In this document: positions 1 to 9,514 of the stretch, piece by piece | How the letters are laid out: every line of letters starts with the position of its first letter | How positions within the stretch are numbered: the stretch's first letter is position 1 | IMG/VR virus record: IMGVR_UViG_3300046047_000103 | Origin: a virus | Taxonomy: Duplodnaviria; Heunggongvirae; Uroviricota; Caudoviricetes | Reading direction: 5' to 3' (one strand) | Length of the DNA: 64,000 bases | Made by a program: the position numbers and the translations under genes | The notes under the pieces: model-generated | Told to the model about the DNA's origin: nothing | Database searches by the model: none | Seen by the model: the letters and a program-made list of their open reading frames with translations, nothing else

Positions 1-3
1 ATG

Positions 4-90
4 CCCATGCTAGGAATCAGGGTCGCCGTGAACGAGGATACTCGATAGCGGCGACGGGTCCAACCAAGAATAACGGTTTCTAGCAACTGT
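4..90. repeat. ~87-bp leader-like repeat, copy A (about 88% identical to copy B at 61652..61738). Sits just upstream of the first ORF and reaches the window edge.
   Basis: Direct alignment of cccatgctaggaatcagggtcgccgtgaacgagg...ccaagaataacggtttctagcaactgt with the 61652..61738 copy. Internal inverted repeats (tgctag/ctagca, gtcgccg/cggcgac). Confidence 0.7.
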
Positions 91-781
91 GGGTACAGAT
101 GGAAGCAGTGGGACCAGATCGGGAGCGATTGAAGACATGATCATACGTACATTCCAGGAGCATGGCGTCGTCCAGCAGGCAATCGATCGTGACGGTGTCT
201 ACATGGCCACGTCAGATCTGTCCGGATGGTTGAAGAGTGATCGTGATAATCATAGCTCCATGTTCACGGACGCTTACAGGTGGATGTCCGCAACGATGGA
301 AGCGTCTGGTCTGGAGAAGCCAGCGCAAGACGCTGTTCCCATCTGGTCATGGGCGCGGATGCTCTATGATGAGTATACTGATCACGCGGTATGGAAGCCA
401 CGGAATTGGATCGGCGCCCTGCGATTCAAGTACGGGAGATGCCGTGAGCTCACGGACTGGAGTCCACGGCATCTGAATGATCTCATTCCGTTCGAGGGAT
501 GGATCAACGGATTAGATCTTATCACGCTTGACGTGCCTGTGGACAGGATGCTCTGCACTGACCTCGACGGATGGAACTACGTGCTGAACCAGTGGCCGAT
601 CTTCAATGATGATGCGAGGGAGATGGCCTATGAGCAGGGCGACCTCACTGATGATGAGGTGATGAAGACGTGGGATGAGTGCATCGTGGATCCATCTGAC
701 ATCAGCAGGCATGATGAGGTGCAGGCTTGCATGTGGACAATCAGATCTGAGGACATCGTTTCCATAAAGATCATGAAGTGA
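89..781 (+). CDS. hypothetical protein
   Basis: 230-aa ORF directly downstream of repeat copy A. No recognisable motif. Confidence 0.5.
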   Translation: MGTDGSSGTRSGAIEDMIIRTFQEHGVVQQAIDRDGVYMATSDLSGWLKSDRDNHSSMFTDAYRWMSATMEASGLEKPAQDAVPIWSWARMLYDEYTDHAVWKPRNWIGALRFKYGRCRELTDWSPRHLNDLIPFEGWINGLDLITLDVPVDRMLCTDLDGWNYVLNQWPIFNDDAREMAYEQGDLTDDEVMKTWDECIVDPSDISRHDEVQACMWTIRSEDIVSIKIMK

Positions 782-828
782 CGTCAGTGAATATCTTCAT
801 CTTGTGAGCACGATACGACGGAGGGATC

Positions 829-1233
829 ATGGGCTTGTTCGGTAAGATGCGGAAGAGGTACGACTTCAGTGACTCTCAACCGGTGACAGCCATGTATGAC
901 GCGCTTAAGATCAGCAATGAGCAGCTTGAGCGCATTGACCTGAGCGCACTGGTGAACGACGATTCGATCCATGCTGTCGGGTACGAGCTCTTCCATCTGA
1001 CAGTGAATGGCGCTGCTCCACACGCCACCGAGCAAGACGTGCAGGATCAATGGCAAGCGCTGGATCCGTCTGATCGTAACAGATTCTTTTTAAGGGCGAA
1101 GATGCTGATACTTACGGCTGTCTACAATGATCCCAGGTATTCGGGGAAGAACGCTACAGATCCGGCTGGCAATGATGATCGGCGGCGAGATCATCTGAAG
1201 GATCTCGCTAATGGTCATTCAGGGGAAGAGTGA
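829..1233 (+). CDS. hypothetical protein
   Basis: 134-aa ORF, same strand and spacing as its neighbours. Confidence 0.45.
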   Translation: MGLFGKMRKRYDFSDSQPVTAMYDALKISNEQLERIDLSALVNDDSIHAVGYELFHLTVNGAAPHATEQDVQDQWQALDPSDRNRFFLRAKMLILTAVYNDPRYSGKNATDPAGNDDRRRDHLKDLANGHSGEE

Positions 1234-1328
1234 CCCGCCCACTCATCGTTACAGATCTGCATCGTTCAAGATCTCTCCATTACGACGATACCATAGGCTT
1301 ATCTGAAGATTAGGAAAGGAGCAAACTG

Positions 1329-2006
1329 ATGACGCATTTCATGGGCGTTCTCATCAATGAGGGCGATGCCCCGGACGGATCTATTCTAGACAAGTTCAGT
1401 GAGAACAGGAAGGTTCCGCAGTACGTGTACAAGACGAAGAGCCAGTGGATCAGTGACGAGCGGAAGCGGCTGCAAGATCAGCTCGATGATGATCATGCAC
1501 TGCGGACAGATCCGTCTACAGACCGCGGATGGATCAGGCCGTTGAATGACCGGCAGATCGTTGAGATCAGGGACAAGCTCTTACAAGACGATGAAGATTT
1601 CGCCGAGAGGTTCATGCGAGAAGATCCGCGCGGGATCACGTTCGCGGACAATGGGGACTGGCTGTCCACCTATAACACTGACTCTCACTGGGACTGGTAC
1701 TCGTACGGAAGGTACTGGTATGAGGATCATGAAGACATTGATGGCATGCCGGTCGAGGAGCTTGCCAAGATCATCGGATCTTTACCTCCACGCCAGCCTG
1801 AAGATGCGGAGACTGACGCTTACATCCCACGGAACTTCATCGCTCGTGATGAGCATGGGGAGCCGCAATGGCTGGAAGACGGCCCGACCGGCTGGTTCGG
1901 AGCTCATATCGTGGAGATAGAACCTGATGATTGGAAACAGATCGTACTCGACCTGCTAGCATCACACCCTGGTGAGAGGGCATGGGGGATCGACTTCCAT
2001 ATCTGA
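1329..2006 (+). CDS. hypothetical protein (Trp-rich)
   Basis: 225-aa ORF. GGAGC-type RBS region upstream (aggaaaggagcaaactgATG). Confidence 0.5.
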   Translation: MTHFMGVLINEGDAPDGSILDKFSENRKVPQYVYKTKSQWISDERKRLQDQLDDDHALRTDPSTDRGWIRPLNDRQIVEIRDKLLQDDEDFAERFMREDPRGITFADNGDWLSTYNTDSHWDWYSYGRYWYEDHEDIDGMPVEELAKIIGSLPPRQPEDAETDAYIPRNFIARDEHGEPQWLEDGPTGWFGAHIVEIEPDDWKQIVLDLLASHPGERAWGIDFHI

Positions 2007-2028
2007 TCTCCCATGCTCTCCAGATCGG

Positions 2029-2541
2029 TCACATGGTCTTGCCGCCGGCCGCGGCCTTCAGCTGCTTGAGCTTGTCCGTGTAAGCAATGGCTGCAAGCCT
2101 AAGATTCTCCATCCCGACATCAACGCTAAGATCTTGAAGACCGCTGTAGTCAGATCTCGCCACGGCGTCGTCAATGATCCCCGGGATCGTATCCACGGCT
2201 TCCTTCCTTGCCACGGCCAGGAAGGATCTGATGTCATCCGTGAATCCATCATCAGTCTGTTCCGACTCCGTCCAGTCAGTGACGCTGCTAGCCCTCACCG
2301 TACGATGCGGATAGACCCTCTTCACGTCATCAAGATCGTACTCATTCTCCTGAGACTCAGTAAGACCCTGCTGCCATCTGATACGATAATACTCGTCCCG
2401 GCCGTCAGACGGCTTGACGACCGTAGTCATGGCCCGTGTCCATCTGCCGTCATCGCCAGCCCACTGATCCACCGCGTTAGACCATATCGCGTCTTCAAGC
2501 TCTTCCTGATCTTCCGGCTTCCATTCGCTATTAGAATCCAT
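2029..2541 (-). CDS. hypothetical acidic protein
   Basis: 170-aa ORF opening a three-gene minus-strand block. Confidence 0.45.
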   Translation of the reverse strand: MDSNSEWKPEDQEELEDAIWSNAVDQWAGDDGRWTRAMTTVVKPSDGRDEYYRIRWQQGLTESQENEYDLDDVKRVYPHRTVRASSVTDWTESEQTDDGFTDDIRSFLAVARKEAVDTIPGIIDDAVARSDYSGLQDLSVDVGMENLRLAAIAYTDKLKQLKAAAGGKTM

Positions 2542-2553
2542 ATCTTATTCTCC

Positions 2554-3345
2554 TTATTCTGATCTTGCCGTGGACGCATGATCCACGGTCAGTCCTAATC
2601 GTTCGATGCGGTCAATGATCTTACGGACTGTATCCAGCAGATCGTCCTCATCATGTCCATAGATCGTCGGCCATGCCGGATCGTTCGGAGGAATGCTCCA
2701 AATCTTGCGTCCGTAGACCGGCTCGGACATGGTCGGCCTCCGCCTACGATCCCTCGGCCGGACCATCTTACTCTTACCGTCGTACGGATCAGCCAGGAGC
2801 GAGATCTTCGGCCAGAACCTGCCAGATGCCAGCAGCCTGTGCCCGATCATGGAATAGCCGTCTGCTGAGATGACAGACCAGATAGCCTCGCCAAGTCTTG
2901 CCTTCACCGGCTGAGCATGGAACAGATCATCAGGGACGTCGAGCGCCCCGATGAAGTCTTCACTGACCGTCTCCGATGTCTTCATGGGAGCATACCGTGC
3001 TTTCACGATACTGCTCGCATCCTCCCACTGCTGCTTCGAGATCTTATCGGAGAGGACAGCGCTTGGTGCGATCCTCCTATACGATGTGATCGGTTCTGTC
3101 TTCAAGGTGAACGTGACCGTGAACTCATCTCCGGCATGGATAAGATCATCAGTGGCGGCATCATCCGCCGGAGCGAGCTTGACCATCCGTCCGTTCGGAT
3201 CGATGCCGGAGCCCCGCATGATGACAGTCCCGGCCGCATCGGTGACGGTCACGCTCTCATGCTTGTCCGCCTGTCTTCCAAGGATCTTGAACCCTCCGTC
3301 GACTGGCTTGAGGATCACCATCTTCCTGTCTTCACTTGCTGTCAT
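2554..3345 (-). CDS. hypothetical protein (start moved to MTASEDRK)
   Basis: The ORF track gives 2554..3411. An AAGGAGG RBS sits 7 nt before the internal ATG at 3345, which overlaps the TGA of the upstream gene. Confidence 0.45.
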   Translation of the reverse strand: MTASEDRKMVILKPVDGGFKILGRQADKHESVTVTDAAGTVIMRGSGIDPNGRMVKLAPADDAATDDLIHAGDEFTVTFTLKTEPITSYRRIAPSAVLSDKISKQQWEDASSIVKARYAPMKTSETVSEDFIGALDVPDDLFHAQPVKARLGEAIWSVISADGYSMIGHRLLASGRFWPKISLLADPYDGKSKMVRPRDRRRRPTMSEPVYGRKIWSIPPNDPAWPTIYGHDEDDLLDTVRKIIDRIERLGLTVDHASTARSE

Positions 3346-4081
3346 TAGACGCCTCCTTGCCGGATGGAACGATCGCGTCTGACAAGACCTCCAGCAGCCT
3401 GTCCCGTACATGATCGTAATCGACGTCGATCATCGTTCGGACGTCGACGCTTACCGTGTGAGGTCTTTCACCGTAGATGATCTCCTCAGGGTCGGACGGA
3501 TCCCTCCATATCTTCATTGATCCAGGATCATCATTCGATGGAGCGTCATACGCCGTCTCCCATGACGGATCGATCTGCTTCAAGATCGATCTCATAAGCA
3601 CGTATGCCGAGTCCCTAGGAACGATCACGATTCCGGTGTCTTGTCCCATGACCAGATCTGCGGTAGCGTCATCATCATGATCAACGGGGTCAAGCTTGTA
3701 TCCATTGCCATCAGATCGTATGGATCCGCGATGATCTAGAACCACTGTGATAATGTCCCCGTACTGGCTCGTGATCTTCGGGATCTTAGCAAGATCATCC
3801 ATGCTGATCATGAATCGTTCCCACCTGTCCTGGTGCGGATCGTCATCGAATCTTAGCAGGCGGGATGATCTCATGATGTCAGCATCACTAGAACCGTCGA
3901 GTCTTACCACTGATGGCAGCCTGAATATTCTTGCATTCAGATCTGTCGTCAGCGAGTAATGATACACTATCGCCCTCCCGTGCCATCCATACCAGTGGAG
4001 GACGAGTGTCTTGCTGTCTTTATCCATATGATCATGATATCTTAATCTCGCGATGAAAGCAAACGGATGCGCTGCTTTCAC
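3332..4081 (-). CDS. hypothetical protein
   Basis: 249-aa ORF, translationally coupled to the downstream gene. Confidence 0.45.
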   Translation of the reverse strand: MKAAHPFAFIARLRYHDHMDKDSKTLVLHWYGWHGRAIVYHYSLTTDLNARIFRLPSVVRLDGSSDADIMRSSRLLRFDDDPHQDRWERFMISMDDLAKIPKITSQYGDIITVVLDHRGSIRSDGNGYKLDPVDHDDDATADLVMGQDTGIVIVPRDSAYVLMRSILKQIDPSWETAYDAPSNDDPGSMKIWRDPSDPEEIIYGERPHTVSVDVRTMIDVDYDHVRDRLLEVLSDAIVPSGKEASNDSK

Positions 4082-4140
4082 GGCGTGTCGCGGCTCGGAC
4101 TGTTATATGATGGAGCTGCAATCAACGATGGGAGTTCATC

Positions 4141-4335
4141 ATGAAAGATCAATACTACAAGCCCCAGTATCACGGTGCTGCTGACAATGCGTACGTGGAG
4201 AGGTTCTGGAAAACTCGCGCGGAGTACCCGGTGACGCCCGCGCTCATTCTCGTCGGAGCTGATGAGAACACGCCGAATCCGGACATCAGCAATGATGCCC
4301 CTCAGGACACGGTGGTGTCTGATGAAGATCAGTGA
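4141..4335 (+). CDS. small hypothetical protein
   Basis: 64-aa ORF. Its stop overlaps the start of the next + gene. Confidence 0.35.
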   Translation: MKDQYYKPQYHGAADNAYVERFWKTRAEYPVTPALILVGADENTPNPDISNDAPQDTVVSDEDQ

Positions 4336-4855
4336 GATCATGGCGCGGCTCACGAGTGATGATCCGCAGCCAGGAACCGTCGAGTATGATCTCACCCATG
4401 CACTCACCGATGACGACATGCTTTACATCATGATAGAGCACCAGATGTATGACGAGCTCGCCATGATGACGAAGATCTTGAAGCGGATGGATGACAGGTC
4501 CCTTGACAGCACGATCGTGAAGGCTGAGATGGTCATGGTGAATGGTGAGCACGCCAGGAACATCGACTTCGTCTTGAATCTGCCGGGGCGGCTTGCCATT
4601 CCGTATCATCAGCTGCTCATGCTCCGGTTCCATCTCAGGAAGAGCGTCACCATCCCCCGGCTTGACTCCAACATGTGGACATTCCTGGAAGATCAACGAT
4701 CCATCGCCCAGATGAGCAATGAAGATCATATCGTCAAGATGATCGATAAGAGCGTCAGAATAGGCGATAAGATCGCCGCGCTGATAAGATCGCATCCAGG
4801 TGCTGTCATCATCGACAATGATGCGTCTATCGTCCCTCCTTCGAAGCTGTTCTAG
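4322..4855 (+). CDS. hypothetical protein (start at MKISEIMARL)
   Basis: The + strand ORF is preferred over the His-rich antisense ORF 4286..4879. The ATG overlaps the upstream stop (GATCAGTGAGATCATGG). Confidence 0.4.
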   Translation: MKISEIMARLTSDDPQPGTVEYDLTHALTDDDMLYIMIEHQMYDELAMMTKILKRMDDRSLDSTIVKAEMVMVNGEHARNIDFVLNLPGRLAIPYHQLLMLRFHLRKSVTIPRLDSNMWTFLEDQRSIAQMSNEDHIVKMIDKSVRIGDKIAALIRSHPGAVIIDNDASIVPPSKLF

Positions 4856-5290
4856 CGCAGAGGGTCTCGCCGCTGTCATGGCAGGAGTCGGTCAGAAGTC
4901 TAATCTGTTGAAGAAGAGCGATTCTGACAGTGAGTTCAAGGATTTCGAGGAGAAGATGAGCGACGGGTCGAAGACGACTCGCGGTAAGTAGTAAGCATGA
5001 TCATGGTTGCCGTCATCTTGTAGACAGACCATTCTGACTGATGCTGACGAGATTCGATGGGTGATGATCATACAGATCTGAACATGCTTGTCTACATGAG
5101 ATCTGAGGACGATGTAAGCATGATCCATGCGGGAGAGATTCTGAGACCCCGAAGACTTGATCGTCCACAAGATCGTATTCAGTGTCTCCCGATCTGAACA
5201 CCGTATTAAGATCTTCATCACGGTCATGGAGCCGACGATCTTACAGTCTGACCTCAAATGCTTTACCATCGTTCAACTATCGTCTGGAAT

Positions 5291-5322
5291 CGTTGAAAAG
5301 CTCTCTAGAACCGTTGAAAAGC
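5291..5322. repeat. Two exact copies of cgttgaaaagc (14-bp aaYcgttgaaaagc) spaced 21 bp apart
   Basis: Seen directly at 5291..5301 and 5312..5322 in a region that is probably non-coding. Confidence 0.6.
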
Positions 5323-5389
5323 GTCCTCAGAACGCGAAAATGGAAAAGGGCGAGATGGCAACGTTTAGAGTGTAACATGCGGAAGCATA

Positions 5390-5640
5390 TCCTAGGATAC
5401 ACCCGTCTGGGCCGACGGCGCTCGAGGGCCGGGGACGCAGGGTCAACGGGGTCTCGCCCGCACGATGCTACGGCCGCGCCGCGGAGCTCATCTTGACGGC
5501 CCGCCGGACATGATTCAATGATGCCACTGGTCCGGGGGAGCTTAAGGGCTTGCCGGTGGTCCGAGGCGCTCATGGTCTGTGGGATGGTGCAAGCAGGAGG
5601 ACGAGATGCAGGACGAGACGAGATAAGCAAGTGCATGATG
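5390..5640. other. GC-rich (~68% GC) non-coding island. Candidate structured RNA or DNA element.
   Basis: Only Arg/Pro-rich junk ORFs on either strand. Composition is sharply different from the flanks. Confidence 0.35.
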
Positions 5641-5724
5641 CAAGCAGGGTCTTAAGATCTCCATGATCTTGGTCTCAGAATGATCTCAGTCTTAACGATC
5701 TTAAGATCTTAATTCTTAAGGAAG

Positions 5725-5808
5725 GCAAGTCTTCGAGTCCGCGAGATGGAGGCAAGCAAGTCTATGGGTCCGCGTGGAGGGGTGAAGCGAGTCCATGGAT
5801 CCGCGGCG
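5725..5808. repeat. Three degenerate tandem ~27-28-bp repeats (iteron-like). They follow a GATC/CTTAAG-rich AT stretch at 5651..5720.
   Basis: aagtcttcgagtccgcgagatggagg / aagtctatgggtccgcgtggagggg / gagtccatggatccgcggcgtcttcc. Confidence 0.55.
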
Positions 5809-6107
5809 TCTTCCTTCATCATTGTCCATGGATTCGAGCGATCGTTAAGACTCTTCAAGATCTTATGGCTCCGAGCGATCATTGACCGCATGTGGATGAG
5901 ATCATGTGAAGACGTAAGATGATCTTGTGATCCCCATGATGAAGGCTCTGTCAAGCATGATGATGTCTTCAAGTTGCTCTCCAAGCGCGTCCATCCGGTG
6001 AACGATCTGTCAGCATGATGGGGAATGATGACAGCGTCTGCTGGCTCCGTATTGCCGCGCATCGTCATCATTCCAGATCTGTATTCCTGGCGTCGTCGCC
6101 TTATGAA

Positions 6108-6213
6108 TCGTTCTAACGCGCCTTAGACGCGAGATCTTTATGGCCGGTAAAAAAACGCATGCCGCGCAGGTTCTCACGTCTATGGCGTCACAGACTGCGT
6201 CTGAGGGGCATGC
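6108..6213. repeat. Large imperfect inverted-repeat element, copy 1. Both arms flank an A7 tract.
   Basis: The left arm ttctaacgcgccttagacgcgagatc and the right arm ggttctcacgtctatggcgtcacagactgcgtctgagg are mutual reverse complements. The segment gcatgcc...ggcatgc is nested inside. The right arm is 48/52 identical to 29501..29552. Confidence 0.65.
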
Positions 6214-6264
6214 GATGATGTTCTGTCGCCATTCCCGGTGAGATATGATGATCTGGCGGTGAGA

Positions 6265-7077
6265 TCAACCGTTCGTGACGATACTGCTCCGATTCTTCAC
6301 GACTTCAAGCATTCGATCCCTGATGGCTTCGACGGGCCATAGCATCTTCCTCCCATTGACCGTGATGATCTTACTAGCAGCACGAGCTTCATCATCCGTC
6401 ACAAGGATCCATGAGAGCTTATCGACTGTCTCCCGTCTGTTCTCATCTGGTGACAGTCTTTCGAATCCGTGGTCCCTATGGCCGTACACGATGAAAGCGC
6501 TGTCCAGGCCGGCTATCGTCTTCTCGATCCATACCTGACGGACATACTTGTGATACTTGTCAGGATCATCCCTCTTCATGTCGACGATGGTCTTGCGAGC
6601 ACCGGTCTTGACCTCGATGGCAGCAGTGGACTCATCGTTGAATCTTGCGACGCCGTCAAGACTTGCATGGATCTTACCGCCGTCTTCATCCGTGAGCAGG
6701 TAGTACGATTCGTCATTCCAGCTGTACTCGCCCGGCTGCAGAAGATCAACCGGGACGTCCTTTCCGGCAGATCTGATGCCCCAGTCTGAGGCCCATCGTT
6801 GAAGCAGCTGCGGCTCATACTCGTGGCCGAATCTGAAGATGCATGACAGGAAGGTAGCCGTCCCGTCCGGATGCACGAACTCGGGACTCTTGGAGTACTC
6901 GTCCATCGTCATGTGAGACTCATGCCATGTCTTCAGTCTGTCCACTTCAGCCAGATCGGTGGCACCTGGGGAGAGTTGACGATTCTTGTACCATCCGTCA
7001 AGATCATGAAAGAGCGTGAAGGTCACATCTTCCACGCTCGTCAGATTCGATCCGTAATGCTTATCATATGCTATCAT
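6265..7077 (-). CDS. YqaJ / lambda-Exo-like PD-(D/E)XK exonuclease (recombination)
   Basis: Motifs FRFGHEYEP and HASLDGVARFNDESTAAIEVKTGARK match the YqaJ-domain pattern (wG..Ep ... aSPDG ... EIKcp). Confidence 0.5.
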   Translation of the reverse strand: MIAYDKHYGSNLTSVEDVTFTLFHDLDGWYKNRQLSPGATDLAEVDRLKTWHESHMTMDEYSKSPEFVHPDGTATFLSCIFRFGHEYEPQLLQRWASDWGIRSAGKDVPVDLLQPGEYSWNDESYYLLTDEDGGKIHASLDGVARFNDESTAAIEVKTGARKTIVDMKRDDPDKYHKYVRQVWIEKTIAGLDSAFIVYGHRDHGFERLSPDENRRETVDKLSWILVTDDEARAASKIITVNGRKMLWPVEAIRDRMLEVVKNRSSIVTNG

Positions 7078-7195
7078 GATTCCATCGTAACGCTATGACG
7101 GTGATCTGGCAATTCAAGATCTGCACGCCCTGCCGGTTGCATTCCCGCCGATCATTGATTAGAATAGGGTACTACGATAGGATGACCGGCCATGG

Positions 7196-7561
7196 ATGGA
7201 GGACATGATGGTGAATAGCGCTGGTGAGGTATTAAGATCGTTGTATTCTGACGCGGTTGGCAATGATGACGCGGACATGATGGAATTCGACGGTCTGATG
7301 GCCCAGCATGATGACGATCTTGCAAGCAAGCTGCTTTCATTCGATGAGTACGAGCTTGCCGTGGTGCGGGCTGTCTTCGACTCGTATTACGATCCGATCG
7401 ATGACAACGTGGAGGAGGCGTTCGTGAAGACGCTGAGGATTCTGCGCGGCAGGGCTGGTTCGATGGCTGGCACCATGAGAAAGACCGCCGTCGGTATGAT
7501 GAGTCATGGCAGGAAGGCCCCGGCGGCTAGGATCGTCAAGACGCTTAGGGCGTCTAGGTAA
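7196..7561 (+). CDS. hypothetical protein
   Basis: 121-aa ORF. Confidence 0.4.
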   Translation: MEDMMVNSAGEVLRSLYSDAVGNDDADMMEFDGLMAQHDDDLASKLLSFDEYELAVVRAVFDSYYDPIDDNVEEAFVKTLRILRGRAGSMAGTMRKTAVGMMSHGRKAPAARIVKTLRASR

Positions 7562-7573
7562 GGAGAGCGGAAG

Positions 7574-8323
7574 ATGGGCATACTGTTAGCATTCAGTGGG
7601 CACATGGGTTCGGGGAAGGACACGGTCGCCTCACCGGTGGTTCAGAACATCCCCGGCCCTGCGATCCACGGATCGTTCGCGGCCGCGCTGCGGTGCGAGC
7701 TGAATGCAGTGATCCGCATCATATCCGAGTCTGGCACGGTGTTCGAGGCGGTGATCGATACGATCATGTCGCTTGACGGGCTGTATGATGCGGAAGCGGT
7801 TGAGTCCACGGTGCGAGCATTGTATGATGACGTGAAGATGCATGGACTGGACGACATCAGCAAGCGGACTCCGTCCACGAGGTACGCGATGCAGGAGTGG
7901 GGGACGGAAGTCCGAAGATCTAAGGATCCCATGCACTGGGTGAACATCATCAAGCCGATGATACTGAACGATCTGTCCACTGGAAGCACGGTGTATCTCA
8001 CTGATGCCAGATTCCCGAATGAGCTGGATGCGGTGCATGATCTTGGCGGGTTCATCGTGCGGTTGAACGTGAGCCCTGAGGTGCAGGCGGAGAGGATCAT
8101 GAAGCGTGATGGTGTCCGGGTGACGGATGAGATGAGATCCCATCCGAGTGAGACTGCTGCCGATGATTACCCGGACTTTGATCTCGTGGTCGACACTGAC
8201 GATAAGACCGTGGATGAGATCACTCGGATCGTGGTGTCTAACATCGTGAATGAGTCAGACAAGATCAGGGAGTACGGTGACGGATCTGGCTCTGACGAGG
8301 ACGCTGGGGAAGATCAGGCTTGA
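7574..8323 (+). CDS. deoxynucleoside monophosphate kinase-like P-loop protein (T4 gp1-like)
   Basis: The N-terminus MGILLAFSGHMGSGKDTVA resembles T4 Dnk MKLIFLSGVKRSGKDTTA. GGAG RBS upstream. Confidence 0.55.
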   Translation: MGILLAFSGHMGSGKDTVASPVVQNIPGPAIHGSFAAALRCELNAVIRIISESGTVFEAVIDTIMSLDGLYDAEAVESTVRALYDDVKMHGLDDISKRTPSTRYAMQEWGTEVRRSKDPMHWVNIIKPMILNDLSTGSTVYLTDARFPNELDAVHDLGGFIVRLNVSPEVQAERIMKRDGVRVTDEMRSHPSETAADDYPDFDLVVDTDDKTVDEITRIVVSNIVNESDKIREYGDGSGSDEDAGEDQA

Positions 8324-8670
8324 TGTCTTCCCCACATCTTAGACGAAGGAGGCTGATGGATATGATTATGATCGGTGAGAGTAAGACGGTTCGTGATCGT
8401 ATCTGATTCCATGTCAGCAGGTTCATGATGTCAGAGCATGGTAGGGATCTTCCGGACGGTCTTAGGCGTGAGTACAGGCGCGGATTCGCCCGTGGGTACA
8501 GGCTTGCGGTGAGGGCGTGGAGACCGGCGTCGGAATGCTCGCGGTGCTGCACCGGATTCCATGGCCACGCTCCTCAAGATGGGTCTGTCTGATGGTCTCA
8601 GGATCGGGGAGGCCGAGACTCCCCACATCACAGATCTGTTCTGACCGGGATTAGCTCCGTTGATATCTTC

Positions 8671-9507
8671 ATGCTATCGATGATAGCAGGAATCCGAAGG
8701 AGATGCATTATGGCCTTACCGCATAGACACGGCCATCAAAGTTCGAGTCAGAATACCACACCGCAGTACAGGCAGCCGGATCAGGGATCGTTGCCGATGC
8801 CCGTTGATGATCAGCGGGCGATGCCGATGCCAGACCCTGATGATGGTAACGATCTGAATCCGCTCACGGAACCTGAGAACGGGAGTGTGGACAGCGCGCC
8901 GGCCGCCAGCTTCCAAGAACCATATCCGGCGGCCCCGCAGCAAGTCCAGGACCCATCCGTCACCTCGTATGGCAGTAGCACTGAAGATGAGACGGTCGAG
9001 GATGGTGGCGTAGCTCCGTCCATGACGTTCGATGAGGCTCGCAAGAGTCTCCTCAAGCACTTGTTCACGTTCAAGGGAAGGGCGAGTAGGAGCGAGTACT
9101 GGTGGGGTTATCTGCTCACCGTGATCATGGGGACAGCCCTGGGAGCACTGACAGATCTTGCCAAGAGCATGCTGGATAGCTCTTCAATGATCTTCAGCGT
9201 CGTATCCATCGTCATATTCATTGCTGACATTCTTGTGCTGATCATTTGTCTTGCACTGCTTACCAGGCGCGCTCATGACTCTAACAAGAGTGAGTGGTGG
9301 GTGACCTTACCGATGCTGCTTTCATTCCTCGCCGGATTCGTAGGAGTGGTCGCAGGGGTCATCGGGACGGTCGGCGGCCTGCGCTTGACCGCATTGATCG
9401 GCTTCGCAGCGGTGATTGTCTCCGCGATCGTGATCGTCATATTCTGGCTCGTCGTTGCTCTTGCGAAGCCGGATCCAGCAGGCGCCCGATTTGATCGTAA
9501 GAGGTGA
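8671..9507 (+). CDS. DUF805-family inner-membrane protein with a Pro/Gln-rich N-terminus
   Basis: RSEYWWGYLL motif followed by several predicted TM helices. Confidence 0.5.
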   Translation: MLSMIAGIRRRCIMALPHRHGHQSSSQNTTPQYRQPDQGSLPMPVDDQRAMPMPDPDDGNDLNPLTEPENGSVDSAPAASFQEPYPAAPQQVQDPSVTSYGSSTEDETVEDGGVAPSMTFDEARKSLLKHLFTFKGRASRSEYWWGYLLTVIMGTALGALTDLAKSMLDSSSMIFSVVSIVIFIADILVLIICLALLTRRAHDSNKSEWWVTLPMLLSFLAGFVGVVAGVIGTVGGLRLTALIGFAAVIVSAIVIVIFWLVVALAKPDPAGARFDRKR

Positions 9508-9514
9508 TCTCGAT

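Noticed and set aside
4286-4879. 197-aa minus-strand ORF overlapping 4262..4855
   Set aside because: His/Asp-rich low-complexity translation, antisense to a better + strand ORF. The + ORF has start/stop overlap coupling with its upstream neighbour.
5725-5808. CRISPR array
   Set aside because: Only three degenerate tandem copies, with no intervening unique spacers and no cas genes nearby. They fit iterons or a simple tandem repeat better.
4892-6071. Minus- and plus-strand ORFs of 60-125 aa (4892..5269, 5277..5636, 5709..6071, 5182..5496) as genes
   Set aside because: Translations are Arg/Pro/Ser-rich and track GC-rich or repeat DNA. The tandem repeats are not reflected as protein repeats. 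The region is better explained as regulatory or non-coding.
7631-8143. Antisense ORFs of 150-170 aa inside the dNMP-kinase gene. Similar antisense ORFs occur inside nrdE, the rIIA-like gene, topA and other high-GC genes.
   Set aside because: They are fully embedded in confidently assigned genes on the opposite strand and have low-complexity composition.
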